In this document: piece by piece, positions 1-10,460 of the stretch | Position numbering within the stretch: position 1 is the stretch's first letter | How the letters are laid out: each line of letters opens with the position of its first letter | Source of the DNA: Antedon mediterranea | Lineage: Eukaryota > Animalia > Echinodermata | DNA: 64,000 nt | Reading direction: 5' to 3' | Assembly: GCF_964355755.1 (NCBI RefSeq) | Contig: NC_092678.1 | Coordinates: 8,572,422-8,636,421 of the forward strand | Position numbers and translations under genes: made by a program | The notes under the pieces: model-generated | Databases searched by the model: none | Told to the model about the DNA's origin: nothing | What the model saw: only the letters and a program-made list of their open reading frames with translations

Positions 1-160
1 TTATTTTGCTGTTATTGAAATATAATTGATCTTCTTGAAAATGAAATGAAAGGAACATGATTGTACTCAGAAGATTATTCCTCCCGTAAAATAAATTGAG
101 TTGAGATAAAAAATGACATCAAGACTGCAATATATGGGGAACTCGGGTCTGGGTTAAAAG

Positions 161-3100
161 TTAAGTAGATAATATCAATACCATGTCAAGATCGTCGATG
201 CGAAGTACCCCATTCTGACCTACTTCACGTAACAAGAGAATATGATCTCCAGGTTGAGCATTTCTCACAATGTCATCACCAGAAGCAAAGACACGCATCA
301 CGTGATTCCAATCGTGCTTAACCGTTCCAAACACGTCATAGCGACCCTTCTCTGTACCTTCCTTTGCCCTGAGTACAAGAAACAATTTTCCAGTGGAAGG
401 AGAATCAGGATTGTCGTCTGTCCAAGTGCAACCAACGGTCACAGCTCGCAACTTCTGCTTTAGTTCCAAACGATGGTCATCACCAGTAAGGATATTTTCA
501 GGTGCATAACCATGTACAAATCCATAAAAATCAAGCTTAGGGGCAAAATGGATCACGACACTGCTGTGGTTAGGAGTTTCGAGTGGGAGGAATGAAGCTG
601 TTACTTGAAAGGATCCATGACTTCCAGAAGTTTTAGATACAAACCTAAGCTTGTCCCCAATAGCAACTCGCGAAATCAATGCACTTTTATGGATAGTCGA
701 TTCAAGAGGAAACGTTGTGCGAATGGAACCATTTGGCTTGAGGACATTCACAACAACGTTAGACGTTGCTCCAGTTGCATTTAATTGCTTCAATTTTGCT
801 AAGCAACGGATTTCTTCATTGAAAGCAGTTACCGTTTCATTCCTTGGAGAATCAATGAAAGTGATATTGGCAACAAAATTTCTAACGTGCATTGAATGTG
901 ACCCACCTCCACCAACAACAGTCATGAATTGAATGACACTTCCAGGAGGAATTTTTTCACCAATAGAATCCGATTCATAGGTATAGTTTGACCATGAATG
1001 GGTAACCTTTGTAATAAGAACATCAGAAATAACTTGTTTGCAACCGTTTTCGAACACACGTATGTAAATCTTTCCTTTTAGGTTCCCGTGACCTTGATCC
1101 TTTGCCTCAAACTGAACTTTAACCTTTGTTACAGCACTAACACCACAAGGAAATCTCTGTACGTAAAGTGGAACAAGCGATTCCGAGTTGTTTGTATTGT
1201 TAACACTTTGAGATGGAGCAAATACTCTTGTAGTCTCATGAAATGTAAGAACAGCATAAAAGTTCTTCACGTATAGCTTGTGGTGATATTTACGATTTCC
1301 CACACCACACATAAACTTGACTTTATCACCTGTCTCAATAGTAAATGGTAATTCTTTTCCCGAGTTGTATTCGTAAGATGTCCACTCATGGTCTATGAAA
1401 CAATATGCATCATGGAACAGAATGGTTTTCCTTTCTCCTGACGGCTTGATTACAAACATTGCTAAACGACCTTTTTGATTGCCCCATCCTTGGTCCTTTG
1501 CGTCGAATTTAACTTGAACACTCTTTAAATCATGAGATATTAAGACAACGTCATCGTACAGGTCAATATAGTCCCAGTCCGAATCGGCAAACTTTTCCAC
1601 TAGTTCTATTCGTTCGAAGTCAATTGTAGTCAAAGTTTCCATTTGTGGTCTCCCCATGGCAATGTTTAACATCAAATTTCTGACATGAAGAGTGTGTCCA
1701 CCACCCCAGCCTACCCTACACATCAATTGGGCAACAGCACCTATAGGAATGCTTTGATTTTGTTGTAGGTCCCAATTAAAAGTTTTCCATCCCTTATGGA
1801 CCATTACACCACTTGTCAAAGAGTAATCGGTAAAATCCGCCTCCATTGTCTCATTATGCCAAATACGAAGATATACCTCGCCATTTTTTTCTCCCCAATC
1901 TTGATCTTTTGCTTCAAAACTTACATGTATACCTTTAATCGTTGCTACACCAAGAGGAATTCGCTCTGTGTAGAGAGTAATTTTTTGTCCACTATTGTCG
2001 TCCAAGGACACATTCCGAGTAGGACTGAAGATAATTTGGGAAGAGTCACCACTTTTTTCGAAACGGAACTGTGGAGCACCATATGTTATACGGCATGATA
2101 GGTTTTTACAAGTGAGCTCTTTGCCTGTCCCAACAATACACCACAACTCAATACTTCCCCCAAGACCAATATATTCAAGACCAACACTGCTGTTATCAAA
2201 GGAAATTTGTCTCTCAGTAGTTGAATTAATGCTACCACAGATGTCAATATCGTGAAATTCATTAATCTGACAATCATGTTTGCGAAGACGCAGATACAAT
2301 CGACCATCTAAATCTGCCTTCTTGTTTTGAACATTACTAGCTTCTTGTATCTTTACAATACATTCAACTTGAATTCTTGTCACGGGAAGTCCACCTACAG
2401 TTATTGCTTTGTCCATTAATGGTCCCTTGGCATTTGTACGTCCATTGATTACAATATTTGCTGGGGCTTCGTATCCCTGCGTTGTGTTCGCAAGAGTGTA
2501 ATCTGATTGTAAAGATTCTTCTATGTATTTTGTTTTTTTTCTTACTTCAGTTTGAGGGTTATCCAATCCCCAACTACTGATAACGGCGGAACCATATATT
2601 TCTGGGTGTTTTGCAGTCCAATTCTTGAACATATCACCATATTTGTATCTCCAACTCATAGGATTGATGAGACGCATAGATTTCACATGACTGTTTAAAG
2701 CAGCAAGGTTGTCATTTCCACGTACATCATTTACAGTTTTGTCAATTGTTTCCAGTAATGCCTTGACATGAATAATATCTGTTTCTTTAACAGATACTTG
2801 GTTCTTTGTAGGCTTTAATCTCTCAGCCATTTCATGAAATGGATCTAGCTGGATTTCAATTTTGTTCGCAGCATCAGTGGCCGACTGCAAATAGGGGAAA
2901 TCATCTCTTAAACCTTTAGCCAGTTTTGTGCCTGCGTCAACAATCAAAATTGTCTCTTTTGAGCCAAAAATGGGGAATAGCGCTTGTTTAAATTCAGGTG
3001 ATACTTGGTGATCACCTACAGACAAATCCTTTTCAAGTGCTTCTCTGAATGTTTGCAGTTTCTTGGTAAAAGCACTAAAACCTCCACCATTTTTACCACC

Positions 3101-4087
3101 TCCCCATAATTTATTATGTTGTACATGCTTTACACCGATGTTGACAGCACCGTGACCGGGCTTATTGCCTGTAGCACCAGCTCCAGCTCCTCCTGCTTCA
3201 TCATTCCACACATTTTTGCCTTTGTTTTCTAGCAAATTGGCTTCAGTCTGATGAACAAGGTTGTCTTCTCGCATCTTCGTATACCATTCTTTATCAATGT
3301 TTATTTCAACGACACTGCTGCGATTTCCAGCGTCGCCACTTATAAAACCACGTGAATGCTCAGTGCTTTCAGCAATCCAAACCTCGCTTCCTTTGTGGGG
3401 TAGAGGAATTGCCTGATCCGCTATGGCCTTATTACCTGCTTCGTCATTCATGACACGGTAGATTGGCTTTCCAGTAAAATGCTCAGATGTAAGTTGCGTC
3501 AAGCTACCTTCACCTGCCTCTCCAAGACCTGCTAGTCCATCAAAACCAATACCAGCCACAAAGTCGAACTCTTCTCCAGGATCATAGTGACCATTGACCA
3601 TATTTGTCACAACTGATACTTCACCATAAGGGGTGTATTTGTGATGAACTGCTGAATCAACTCCCGTGATGATGCCATCCATTGCAGCTCCAGCTGCAAT
3701 ACCTCCCAAGAATGCCCCAGCCGGCCCTCCAGCAAAAAAACCGGCAGCTCCTCCTGCAATAACACCCAAAGTTCTACTGGCAGCCTTCATAGAGGCATCA
3801 CCTGCCGCTTTGTTTCCAGTAGCATATTCGATCGCTCCTTTTATATGACCAAGAACGGGAATGCCATCAGCAAAATGCCCTAAACTTTCAGCAAACTCCT
3901 CCTGTGTCTCTTTAGCACCCTCTGAGTCTCCTTCAATGGCTTGAACGGCTGAAGTGATCTGGGACAAAACAGGAAAAGTGTGGAGAAAATGTTCCTGAGT
4001 TCTCTTTGCACCTTCTTTATCCCCAGAAATAACTTGAATAAGAGACTTGATTTGGCTTACAATCGGAATGCTGTCTGTGCTGCCCAT
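161..4087 (-). CDS. 1308-aa uncharacterised multidomain protein, single coding exon; putative toxin-like architecture (N-terminal helical repeats, Gly zipper, ART-like domain, tandem DQGWG beta-sandwich repeats); paralogue A
   Basis: Uninterrupted 3.9-kb ORF. A near-identical intact paralogue lies at 31165-35085. A polypyrimidine/AG acceptor (ttttttacctcaatttttag|G ATG) sits immediately before the start. Function is inferred from motifs only. Confidence 0.9.
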   Translation of the reverse strand: MGSTDSIPIVSQIKSLIQVISGDKEGAKRTQEHFLHTFPVLSQITSAVQAIEGDSEGAKETQEEFAESLGHFADGIPVLGHIKGAIEYATGNKAAGDASMKAASRTLGVIAGGAAGFFAGGPAGAFLGGIAAGAAMDGIITGVDSAVHHKYTPYGEVSVVTNMVNGHYDPGEEFDFVAGIGFDGLAGLGEAGEGSLTQLTSEHFTGKPIYRVMNDEAGNKAIADQAIPLPHKGSEVWIAESTEHSRGFISGDAGNRSSVVEINIDKEWYTKMREDNLVHQTEANLLENKGKNVWNDEAGGAGAGATGNKPGHGAVNIGVKHVQHNKLWGGGKNGGGFSAFTKKLQTFREALEKDLSVGDHQVSPEFKQALFPIFGSKETILIVDAGTKLAKGLRDDFPYLQSATDAANKIEIQLDPFHEMAERLKPTKNQVSVKETDIIHVKALLETIDKTVNDVRGNDNLAALNSHVKSMRLINPMSWRYKYGDMFKNWTAKHPEIYGSAVISSWGLDNPQTEVRKKTKYIEESLQSDYTLANTTQGYEAPANIVINGRTNAKGPLMDKAITVGGLPVTRIQVECIVKIQEASNVQNKKADLDGRLYLRLRKHDCQINEFHDIDICGSINSTTERQISFDNSSVGLEYIGLGGSIELWCIVGTGKELTCKNLSCRITYGAPQFRFEKSGDSSQIIFSPTRNVSLDDNSGQKITLYTERIPLGVATIKGIHVSFEAKDQDWGEKNGEVYLRIWHNETMEADFTDYSLTSGVMVHKGWKTFNWDLQQNQSIPIGAVAQLMCRVGWGGGHTLHVRNLMLNIAMGRPQMETLTTIDFERIELVEKFADSDWDYIDLYDDVVLISHDLKSVQVKFDAKDQGWGNQKGRLAMFVIKPSGERKTILFHDAYCFIDHEWTSYEYNSGKELPFTIETGDKVKFMCGVGNRKYHHKLYVKNFYAVLTFHETTRVFAPSQSVNNTNNSESLVPLYVQRFPCGVSAVTKVKVQFEAKDQGHGNLKGKIYIRVFENGCKQVISDVLITKVTHSWSNYTYESDSIGEKIPPGSVIQFMTVVGGGGSHSMHVRNFVANITFIDSPRNETVTAFNEEIRCLAKLKQLNATGATSNVVVNVLKPNGSIRTTFPLESTIHKSALISRVAIGDKLRFVSKTSGSHGSFQVTASFLPLETPNHSSVVIHFAPKLDFYGFVHGYAPENILTGDDHRLELKQKLRAVTVGCTWTDDNPDSPSTGKLFLVLRAKEGTEKGRYDVFGTVKHDWNHVMRVFASGDDIVRNAQPGDHILLLREVGQNGVLRIDDLDMVLILST

Positions 4088-4088
4088 C

Positions 4089-4125
4089 CTAAAAATTGAG
4101 GTAAAAAATACGTGATTGCTGTTTA
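4089..4125 (-). promoter_or_regulatory. 3' splice acceptor of the 5'UTR intron of gene A
   Basis: Minus strand reads ...aatcacgtattttttacctcaatttttAG|gATGGGC. The same acceptor precedes gene B (~35087-35120). Confidence 0.75.
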
Positions 4126-4333
4126 ATCATATTTGAGTGGGGTTGGTGAGCCTCATGCCAAAATACGCAAAAAATTGCAAAAATACGCAAATTGAGGGCG
4201 CTATGCTTTGCCAAAATACAGCCAAAATAAGCAAATCATGCCAAAATACGCAAATTGAGTGCGTGTTGCTTTGACAAAATACACAAATCATGCAAAAATA
4301 CGCAAATTGAGGGCGCTATGCTTTACCAAAACC

Positions 4334-6524
4334 CAGAGCCATATATATAGAGAGTTACGGCATTGAATGGATTAGAAGCCGTGTTTGGGTCCAACTATTC
4401 CTATGTAGCGTATGGAGTTGAGTCTTTTGTTTTGAAAATGTATAACGTTCAAAAGGCTTTAATTATCGAATTTAATATCAAAACAATCAATTTGATTAAA
4501 GGTTTTTGTTAAAATAATAAAAAAATTATAAAGTTTTACTGCGAACATGATTTAAAACAACAAAAATAGCAATTTCGGAACGACTCTGGTTGCAGGGGTG
4601 GCGCCAGGATCTTCCCGACGCGGGGGCTACATTCCCCGACGAGGGGGCTATGCGAGCGAAGCGAGCATCACTAGGCTGGGGGCCAGGGGGCCGCCAAGGG
4701 CCCCCGGTGGGGGTCCAGGGGGCGAAGCCCCCGGAAGCAACGCGTTCTAGCGTCATTTGAGGTCATTTTAATCAGATTTAGGGTAGCCATTTTTTCCATT
4801 TTTTATAATGCATAAATAAAATACTGCGTGCAAAAAAACGATGCGCGATGACTGTTTCAATCCATATTTTTCAATTTAAAAAATAAAAGTTCAAAGAAAA
4901 TTTAGAAAAATAGAGTTGGAGGTCCCGGAAATTGGACTTAATATACTTCAAAACATGAAACAAAATAGTCCCTATCATGGTTGTGACTGAGCTAAGAAAT
5001 TTTTGAAAAATAGAGATGTTAGGTCGCGGAAAATGCACTTCTTGTACTTCGAAATATGACCAGCTTTATTGTTGGGGCTGAGCTAAGAAACTGTTTAAAA
5101 CTAGAGCTGCAGGTCTTAAAAAAATTGCATTTTATACTTTGGAAACATCAGGCCTAGAGGCTTAAAAAACGCAAGCGTAGAGCTTTTTCAGTCGGGGAAA
5201 TAAGTTTATTCCTCCCAAGTGTATGCGTGCGTACTATCTGGACTTCCGAGTGGTGAGAAATTCATGACATACAGGACATTGAAAATGTAATAACTTAGCT
5301 ATAATAAGAAAATGGCATGTTTTTTTGTTTAGTAATGGATGAAAAATTTATTTTAGGTGCCCCACGGTACAGAAGGTTACTTGTAAATTAAAAAATTGGT
5401 GAACATACGAACAATTAACATAATTCGTTTTTGCTGTAGTGTAGCGTACGTCGACGCAGTACACGACGTAACCGTCAGTAAACTTCGCCTGGAAAATAAC
5501 TACAGTACACATTTTGGTCCCTGGATGGAACATGATATTACGCGTCTCGACCCAACGTTGAACGATTCGTACAAAGGGATGCCGCCAGACAAGTGCGAAC
5601 CTAGCTATTGTTTAGTAGTAAGTTAGGTCGCTGGCAATAATGAATGCATATAAAGTGCATAATATCACTCTGACGTACTCTCACGGTCAATGAAACGTCG
5701 CGGTTTTCTAGGCGCTGAAGCTAGCTACGAAGTGAACGCGAACGCTTTTTACTGTATATTATATTCCCCGACAAAAAGTACCCGTGTTCCCTTCGGTAAC
5801 CGTCGGTAAACTTCGCCTGGAAAATAACTAAATTACACATTTTGGTCCCTGTATGGAACTTGATATCACGCGTCTCGACCCAACGTTGAACGATTCGTAC
5901 AAAGGGATACCGCCAGACAAGTGCGTACCTAGCTAATGTTTAGTAGTAAGTTAGATCGCTGGCAATAAATGAATGCATAAAAGTGCATAATAGCCCTCTG
6001 ACGTACTCTCACGGTCAATGGAACGTCGTGGTTTTCTAGGCGCTGAAGCATGAAGTGAACGCGAACGTTTTTTACTGTATATTATATTCCCCGACAAAAA
6101 GTACCCGTGTTCCCCGACGGGGGGGCTAGGCTCCCCGACGAGGGGGCTAGAGCCCCCGTAGCCCCCCCGCTGGCGCCACCACTGTCTGGTTGTGCGCTCC
6201 ATGCACGCTCTACGCGTACGCGTTTAGTTTGTACAGCAATTCTGTATAGTAATGCATTGTTTTTACATTTTGTTGTTTAAAATCATGTTCGCAGTAACTT
6301 TATGATTTCGTTATTATCTTAACAAAAACCTTTAAACAAATTGATTGTTTTGATATTAAATTCAATATTTAAAGCCTTGTGAATGTTATGCATTTTGTTA
6401 AGCAAATGACTCGACTCCATACGCTACATAGGCATAGTTGGACACAAACATGGCCGGCGTGCACACCACGTGACTTTCTAAAATCCGTGAACGCAAAGTC
6501 GTACTCTCTCTATATATTGCTCTG
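4334..6524. mobile_element. hAT-like non-autonomous element with ~200-bp imperfect TIRs
   Basis: Ends cagagc..tatatagagag / ctctctatatattgctctg. 8-bp TSD ccaaaacc at 4326-4333 and 6525-6532. 4380-4560 is the inverted copy of ~6270-6450. Confidence 0.8.
4593..6184. mobile_element. hAT-like non-autonomous element nested in 4334-6524
   Basis: TIR caggggtggcgccag / ctggcgccaccactg. 8-bp TSD tctggttg at 4585-4592 and 6185-6192. Internal ~330-bp tandem duplication (~5467-5790 vs ~5797-6112). Confidence 0.85.
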
Positions 6525-6537
6525 CCAAAACCAAAAC

Positions 6538-8366
6538 CGTATCCGGATATTCACCCTCTGGACATTTACCCCCCGGAAAACTACCCCCCGGACAACCACC
6601 ACCTGGACCACTACCCCCTTAGGACAACTACCCCTTTAGGACAACTACCCCCCGGACAAATACCCCCCGGCCAACTACCCCCTTAGGACAACAACCCCCT
6701 TAGGACAACTACCCCCTGGACAACTACCCCCGGAGAATTACCCCCTAGGAACAATTACCCCCGGACAATTACTCCCCCCCCCCCGGGTAATTACCCCGCG
6801 GACAACTACCTCTGACACAATACTCCCCGTAGGACAACTACTTCCTGGACAATACTCCGAGGGAAAATAATCTTTTAGGACAACTACCTCCGTAGGACAA
6901 CTAACCCCTGGACAACTACCCCCGGACAATTACCCCCTAGGAACAATTACCCCCTGACAATTACCCCCCGGAGAATTACCCCTTCCCCCGGGTAATTACC
7001 CCGCGGACAACTACCTCTGACACAATACTCCCCGTAGGACAACTACTTCCTGGACAATACTCCGAGGGCCAATAATCTTTTAGGACAACTACCTCCGTAG
7101 GACAACTAACCCCTGGACAACTACCCCCGGACAATTACCCCCTAGGAACAATTACCCCCTGACAATTACCCCCCGGAGAATTACCCCTTCCCCCGGGTAA
7201 TTACCCCGCGGACAACTACCTCTGACACAATACTCCCCGTAGGACAACTACCTCCTGGACTTGGATAATACCCCGAGGGCAAATAATCTTTTAGGACAAC
7301 TACCTCCGTAGGACAACTAACCCCTGGACAACTACCACCCAGAAAACTATCCCTTTAGAGCAACTACTTCCCGGACGGACAACCACCCAGACCATTCAAC
7401 AACCTGACTCTGCAACAGTGTATAATAGGAATTAATAACTATATTTTAATTCGTTACTTTGACAAATTACTATTCATTATTGTAAACAAAAGTAAAAGAT
7501 TGAACATAAATATAGCCTGGTATAAACTGAAGATTGTCACACATGATCATAGGATAGTCGAACGTATTATACAGTGACTCCCTGTATTTACTGTAAAGAC
7601 TGGGTTCGCTAATAATAATAATAATAATTTTTGCGTCAGGACAATGCTTCGATAACCACTGGTCTTAAAAGAATTAATTTTTGTCTGAAATTTGTCATAT
7701 ATGTATTTTTGTACACTTGAAGAATAATATCACTTTTGACCTTAATGTTCACTCACCGAATAAACGGCGATCTTTAAATAAATTCCCCTCAAATAAACGG
7801 TGACCATGTCACTCCCATAAAACATCTTATGGAATAATCGGCGTCTATTTCCATTAGATTATACCCCCTTCCATTGAATAAACAACTTTCTTCCAATAAA
7901 TGTCCACCTAAAAACCACCTAAACAATAAACAGCCCAGGCCGTTTTTTCAATAAATACGGTACTTTAAATCTCGCACATCTAGGGTCTAGCATGCTGTTA
8001 AACAGAATAATCAGTTAAAAACGGGTGTTTCGAAACCAGAGACCCGTTGACCGGGGGGGGGGGGGGGAAGGGGGGGGTAGTTGAGGGGGGGGGGGTAGTT
8101 CTGTAGTTGATCGGGGGTAGTTGACCGGGGGTAGTTACCCGGGGGTAGTTATCCTAAGGGGGTAGTTATCCTAAGGGGGTGGTTGTCCGGGGGGTAGTTG
8201 TCCGGGGGGTTGTTATTCTTAGGGGATAGTTGTCCTAAGGGGGTAGTTGTCCGGGGGGTAGTTGCCCGGGGGGTAGTTGCCCGGGGGGTAGTTGTCCTAA
8301 GGGGGTAGTTGTCCGGGTGGTAAACATCCGGGGGGTAACTGTCTAAGGGGTAGGTGTACTAGAACC
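6538..8366. mobile_element. Foldback/Mutator-like MITE with C-rich (ggacaactaccccc)n left arm and G-rich inverted right arm
   Basis: Array at 6560-7390 and its reverse complement at 8050-8355. Flanked by an approximate 9-bp duplication (a/t)accaaaac. Absent from the paralogous site at ~35280. Confidence 0.7.
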
Positions 8367-9444
8367 TACCAAAACACACAAATCATGCCAAAAGAGACAA
8401 ATCTGCTTTGCCAAAATACACAAATCATGCCTAAAAACACAAAGCTATTTTTTATTAGGGAAAAAACAATTTGCGTGTTTTGGCATGATTTGCGTATTTT
8501 GGCAAAGCCGATTTGTGCTTTTCGGCATGATTTGTGTATTTTGACAAAGCATAGCGCCCTCAAATTGCGTATTTTGGCATGATTTGTGTATTTTGGCATG
8601 ATTTGCGTATTTTGACATGATTTGCGTATTTTGGCAAAGCATAGCGCCCTCAATTTGCGTATTTTGGCAAAGCAGATTTGCGTATTTTAGCATGATTTGT
8701 GTATTTTGGCAAAGCAAAACGCCCTGAATTTGCGTATTTTGGCATGATTTGTGTATTTTGGCCAAGAAGATTTGCGTATTTTGGCATGATTTGCGTATTT
8801 TGGCAAGGCATAGCGCCCTCAATTTGCGTTTTTTGGCATGATTTGCGTATTTTGGCAAAGCAGATTTGCGTATTTTGACATGATTTGTGTATTTTGGCAA
8901 ATCAGATTTGCGTATTTTGGCATGATTTGTGTATTTAGGCAACGCAAAACGCCTACAATTTGCGTATGTTGGCGTGATTTGTGTATTTTGGCAAAGTAAT
9001 AGGCCTACGCCCTCAATTTTTGTAATTTGGCATGATTTGCGTATTTTGGCAAAGCATAGCGCCCTCAATTTGCGTATTTTGGCAAAATTCTTGCGTATTT
9101 TGGCAGGCTACTCACCAACCCTAATGTCATGTTTATATTTCTAAATAAACTAAAATATTTTGAACAAAAGAATATTTACTATGATATTTACTTTACATTT
9201 ATAAATGCGAAACAATTCATTTTTGCAGCATTCTAACGTTTTCTTGATTGAAATATAAAAATGAACGAAATATCATGGATCTATTATTAGTAAGATTTTA
9301 GTGGTAAGCGCTATACAAGAGTATAATGAATAATAATAAAGCATATGAATATTCATTAGGCAAAATCGTACGTATGTAGGCCTAAACATTAGCATTAGTG
9401 CTTTTAAGCAAGGAAAAACTAATCTGTTCATATATGAACATTTA

Positions 9445-9846
9445 TATGGCGAACCAAGTCCGCCAAAAGTCCTCAATCCATACCGTTCACCATCAATGCA
9501 TTTATAATCAATCCTAAACCATTTATTTAAAAATTCAACGCGAAAATAAGATATTTGTTAGCTAACCTCATGATGATTGGTTTGGTTTCCCAATGTCTCG
9601 TCTGGTCTGGCGATGAATCATTTGACTTCTTCACGAAGATCGATTTGACTTCGCGATGAATGGTTTGGCATGGCAATGCATGGCTTGACAATGAATGGTT
9701 TATTTGACAATGAATTGATTTTAATAATAATAACAAATGCTTTGGCTAGATGGTGATTTAGTTTTTTAAATGACGGATTTGGATTGATTATTAATGCATC
9801 GTGAATGGTATGGATTTAGGACTTTTGGGGGACTTGGCTTGCCATA
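9445..9846. mobile_element. IS3EU-like MITE
   Basis: TATGG...CCATA termini, ~75-bp TIRs and a 6-bp TSD cattta. Same element at 37207-37618, so it predates the duplication. Confidence 0.7.
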
Positions 9847-10234
9847 CATTTAGTAAAGAATATTAAGCGCTTAACAACAAGATAACCATTTATAAACAAA
9901 AAATAAAAATAAATCTTATTAAAACTAGATTTGAACTCGTCACTTTCCACGAGTTAGGTCATCCACACGTTGAAATATTAACGCACAGACTGATTATGTC
10001 ATCTTATTATATGAAGTAAAGAAATTAATGTTACAGTACTTAAATTTGTGTCATCTGTCAAATGAATTTCATATTACATGAAAGCTTAACTTATTTTCTA
10101 CATAGGCCTTGGCTAGGGCTAAGCATATTTGCTAAAGTGTGAGAAGATGAAGATAAAATTGTGAATCAGAAAAATGCGCAGAAAGTCACAAGTGAGTTCA
10201 TGACAGAAGAACATATAAACCACAATAAGCAGAA

Positions 10235-10460
10235 AGTTGAGGAAAGAGAAGAATGGTTGTTGAAGAAAGAGAGGAATGGTTGTTGAGGAAAGAGAGGAAT
10301 GGTTGTTGAGGAAAGAGAGGAATGGTTGTTGAGGAAAGAGAGGAATGGTTGTTGAGGAAAGAGAGGAATGGTTGTTGAGGAAAGAGAGGAATGGTTGTTG
10401 GGGAAAGAGAGGAATGGTTGTTGAGGAAAAAGAGGAATGGTTGTTGAGGAAAGAGAGGAG
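10235..10460 (+). repeat. 23-bp minisatellite (ttgaggaaagagaggaatggttg)n
   Basis: About 9-10 tandem units. A shorter array lies at the paralogous site 40145-40250. Confidence 0.9.

Larger units (their letters stand above)
4138..9123. mobile_element. Non-autonomous DNA transposon (host MITE) with long subterminal arrays of gccaaaatacgcaaatcat-type repeats, carrying nested insertions
   Basis: Ends ggggttggtgag...ctcaccaaccct are inverted, with inverted satellite arrays at 4155-4330 and 8370-9105. An uninterrupted copy lies at 35135-36643. Confidence 0.75.

Noticed and set aside
2720-3133. Variable insert as a retained intron (GTAAAG at its start in copy A)
   Set aside because: The donor is not conserved in copy B (GTTAAG), there is no acceptor at the far end, and the frame is open in both copies with in-frame indels only. 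No intein motifs either.
242-3848. Short plus-strand ORFs conserved between the two copies
   Set aside because: Antisense shadows of the large CDS; their conservation follows from the duplication.
10235-10460. Regular 23-bp repeats; also 27932-27995, 38870-39135 and 46190-46480 as possible CRISPR-like arrays
   Set aside because: Head-to-tail units with no unique spacers, no cas genes, and a eukaryotic context.
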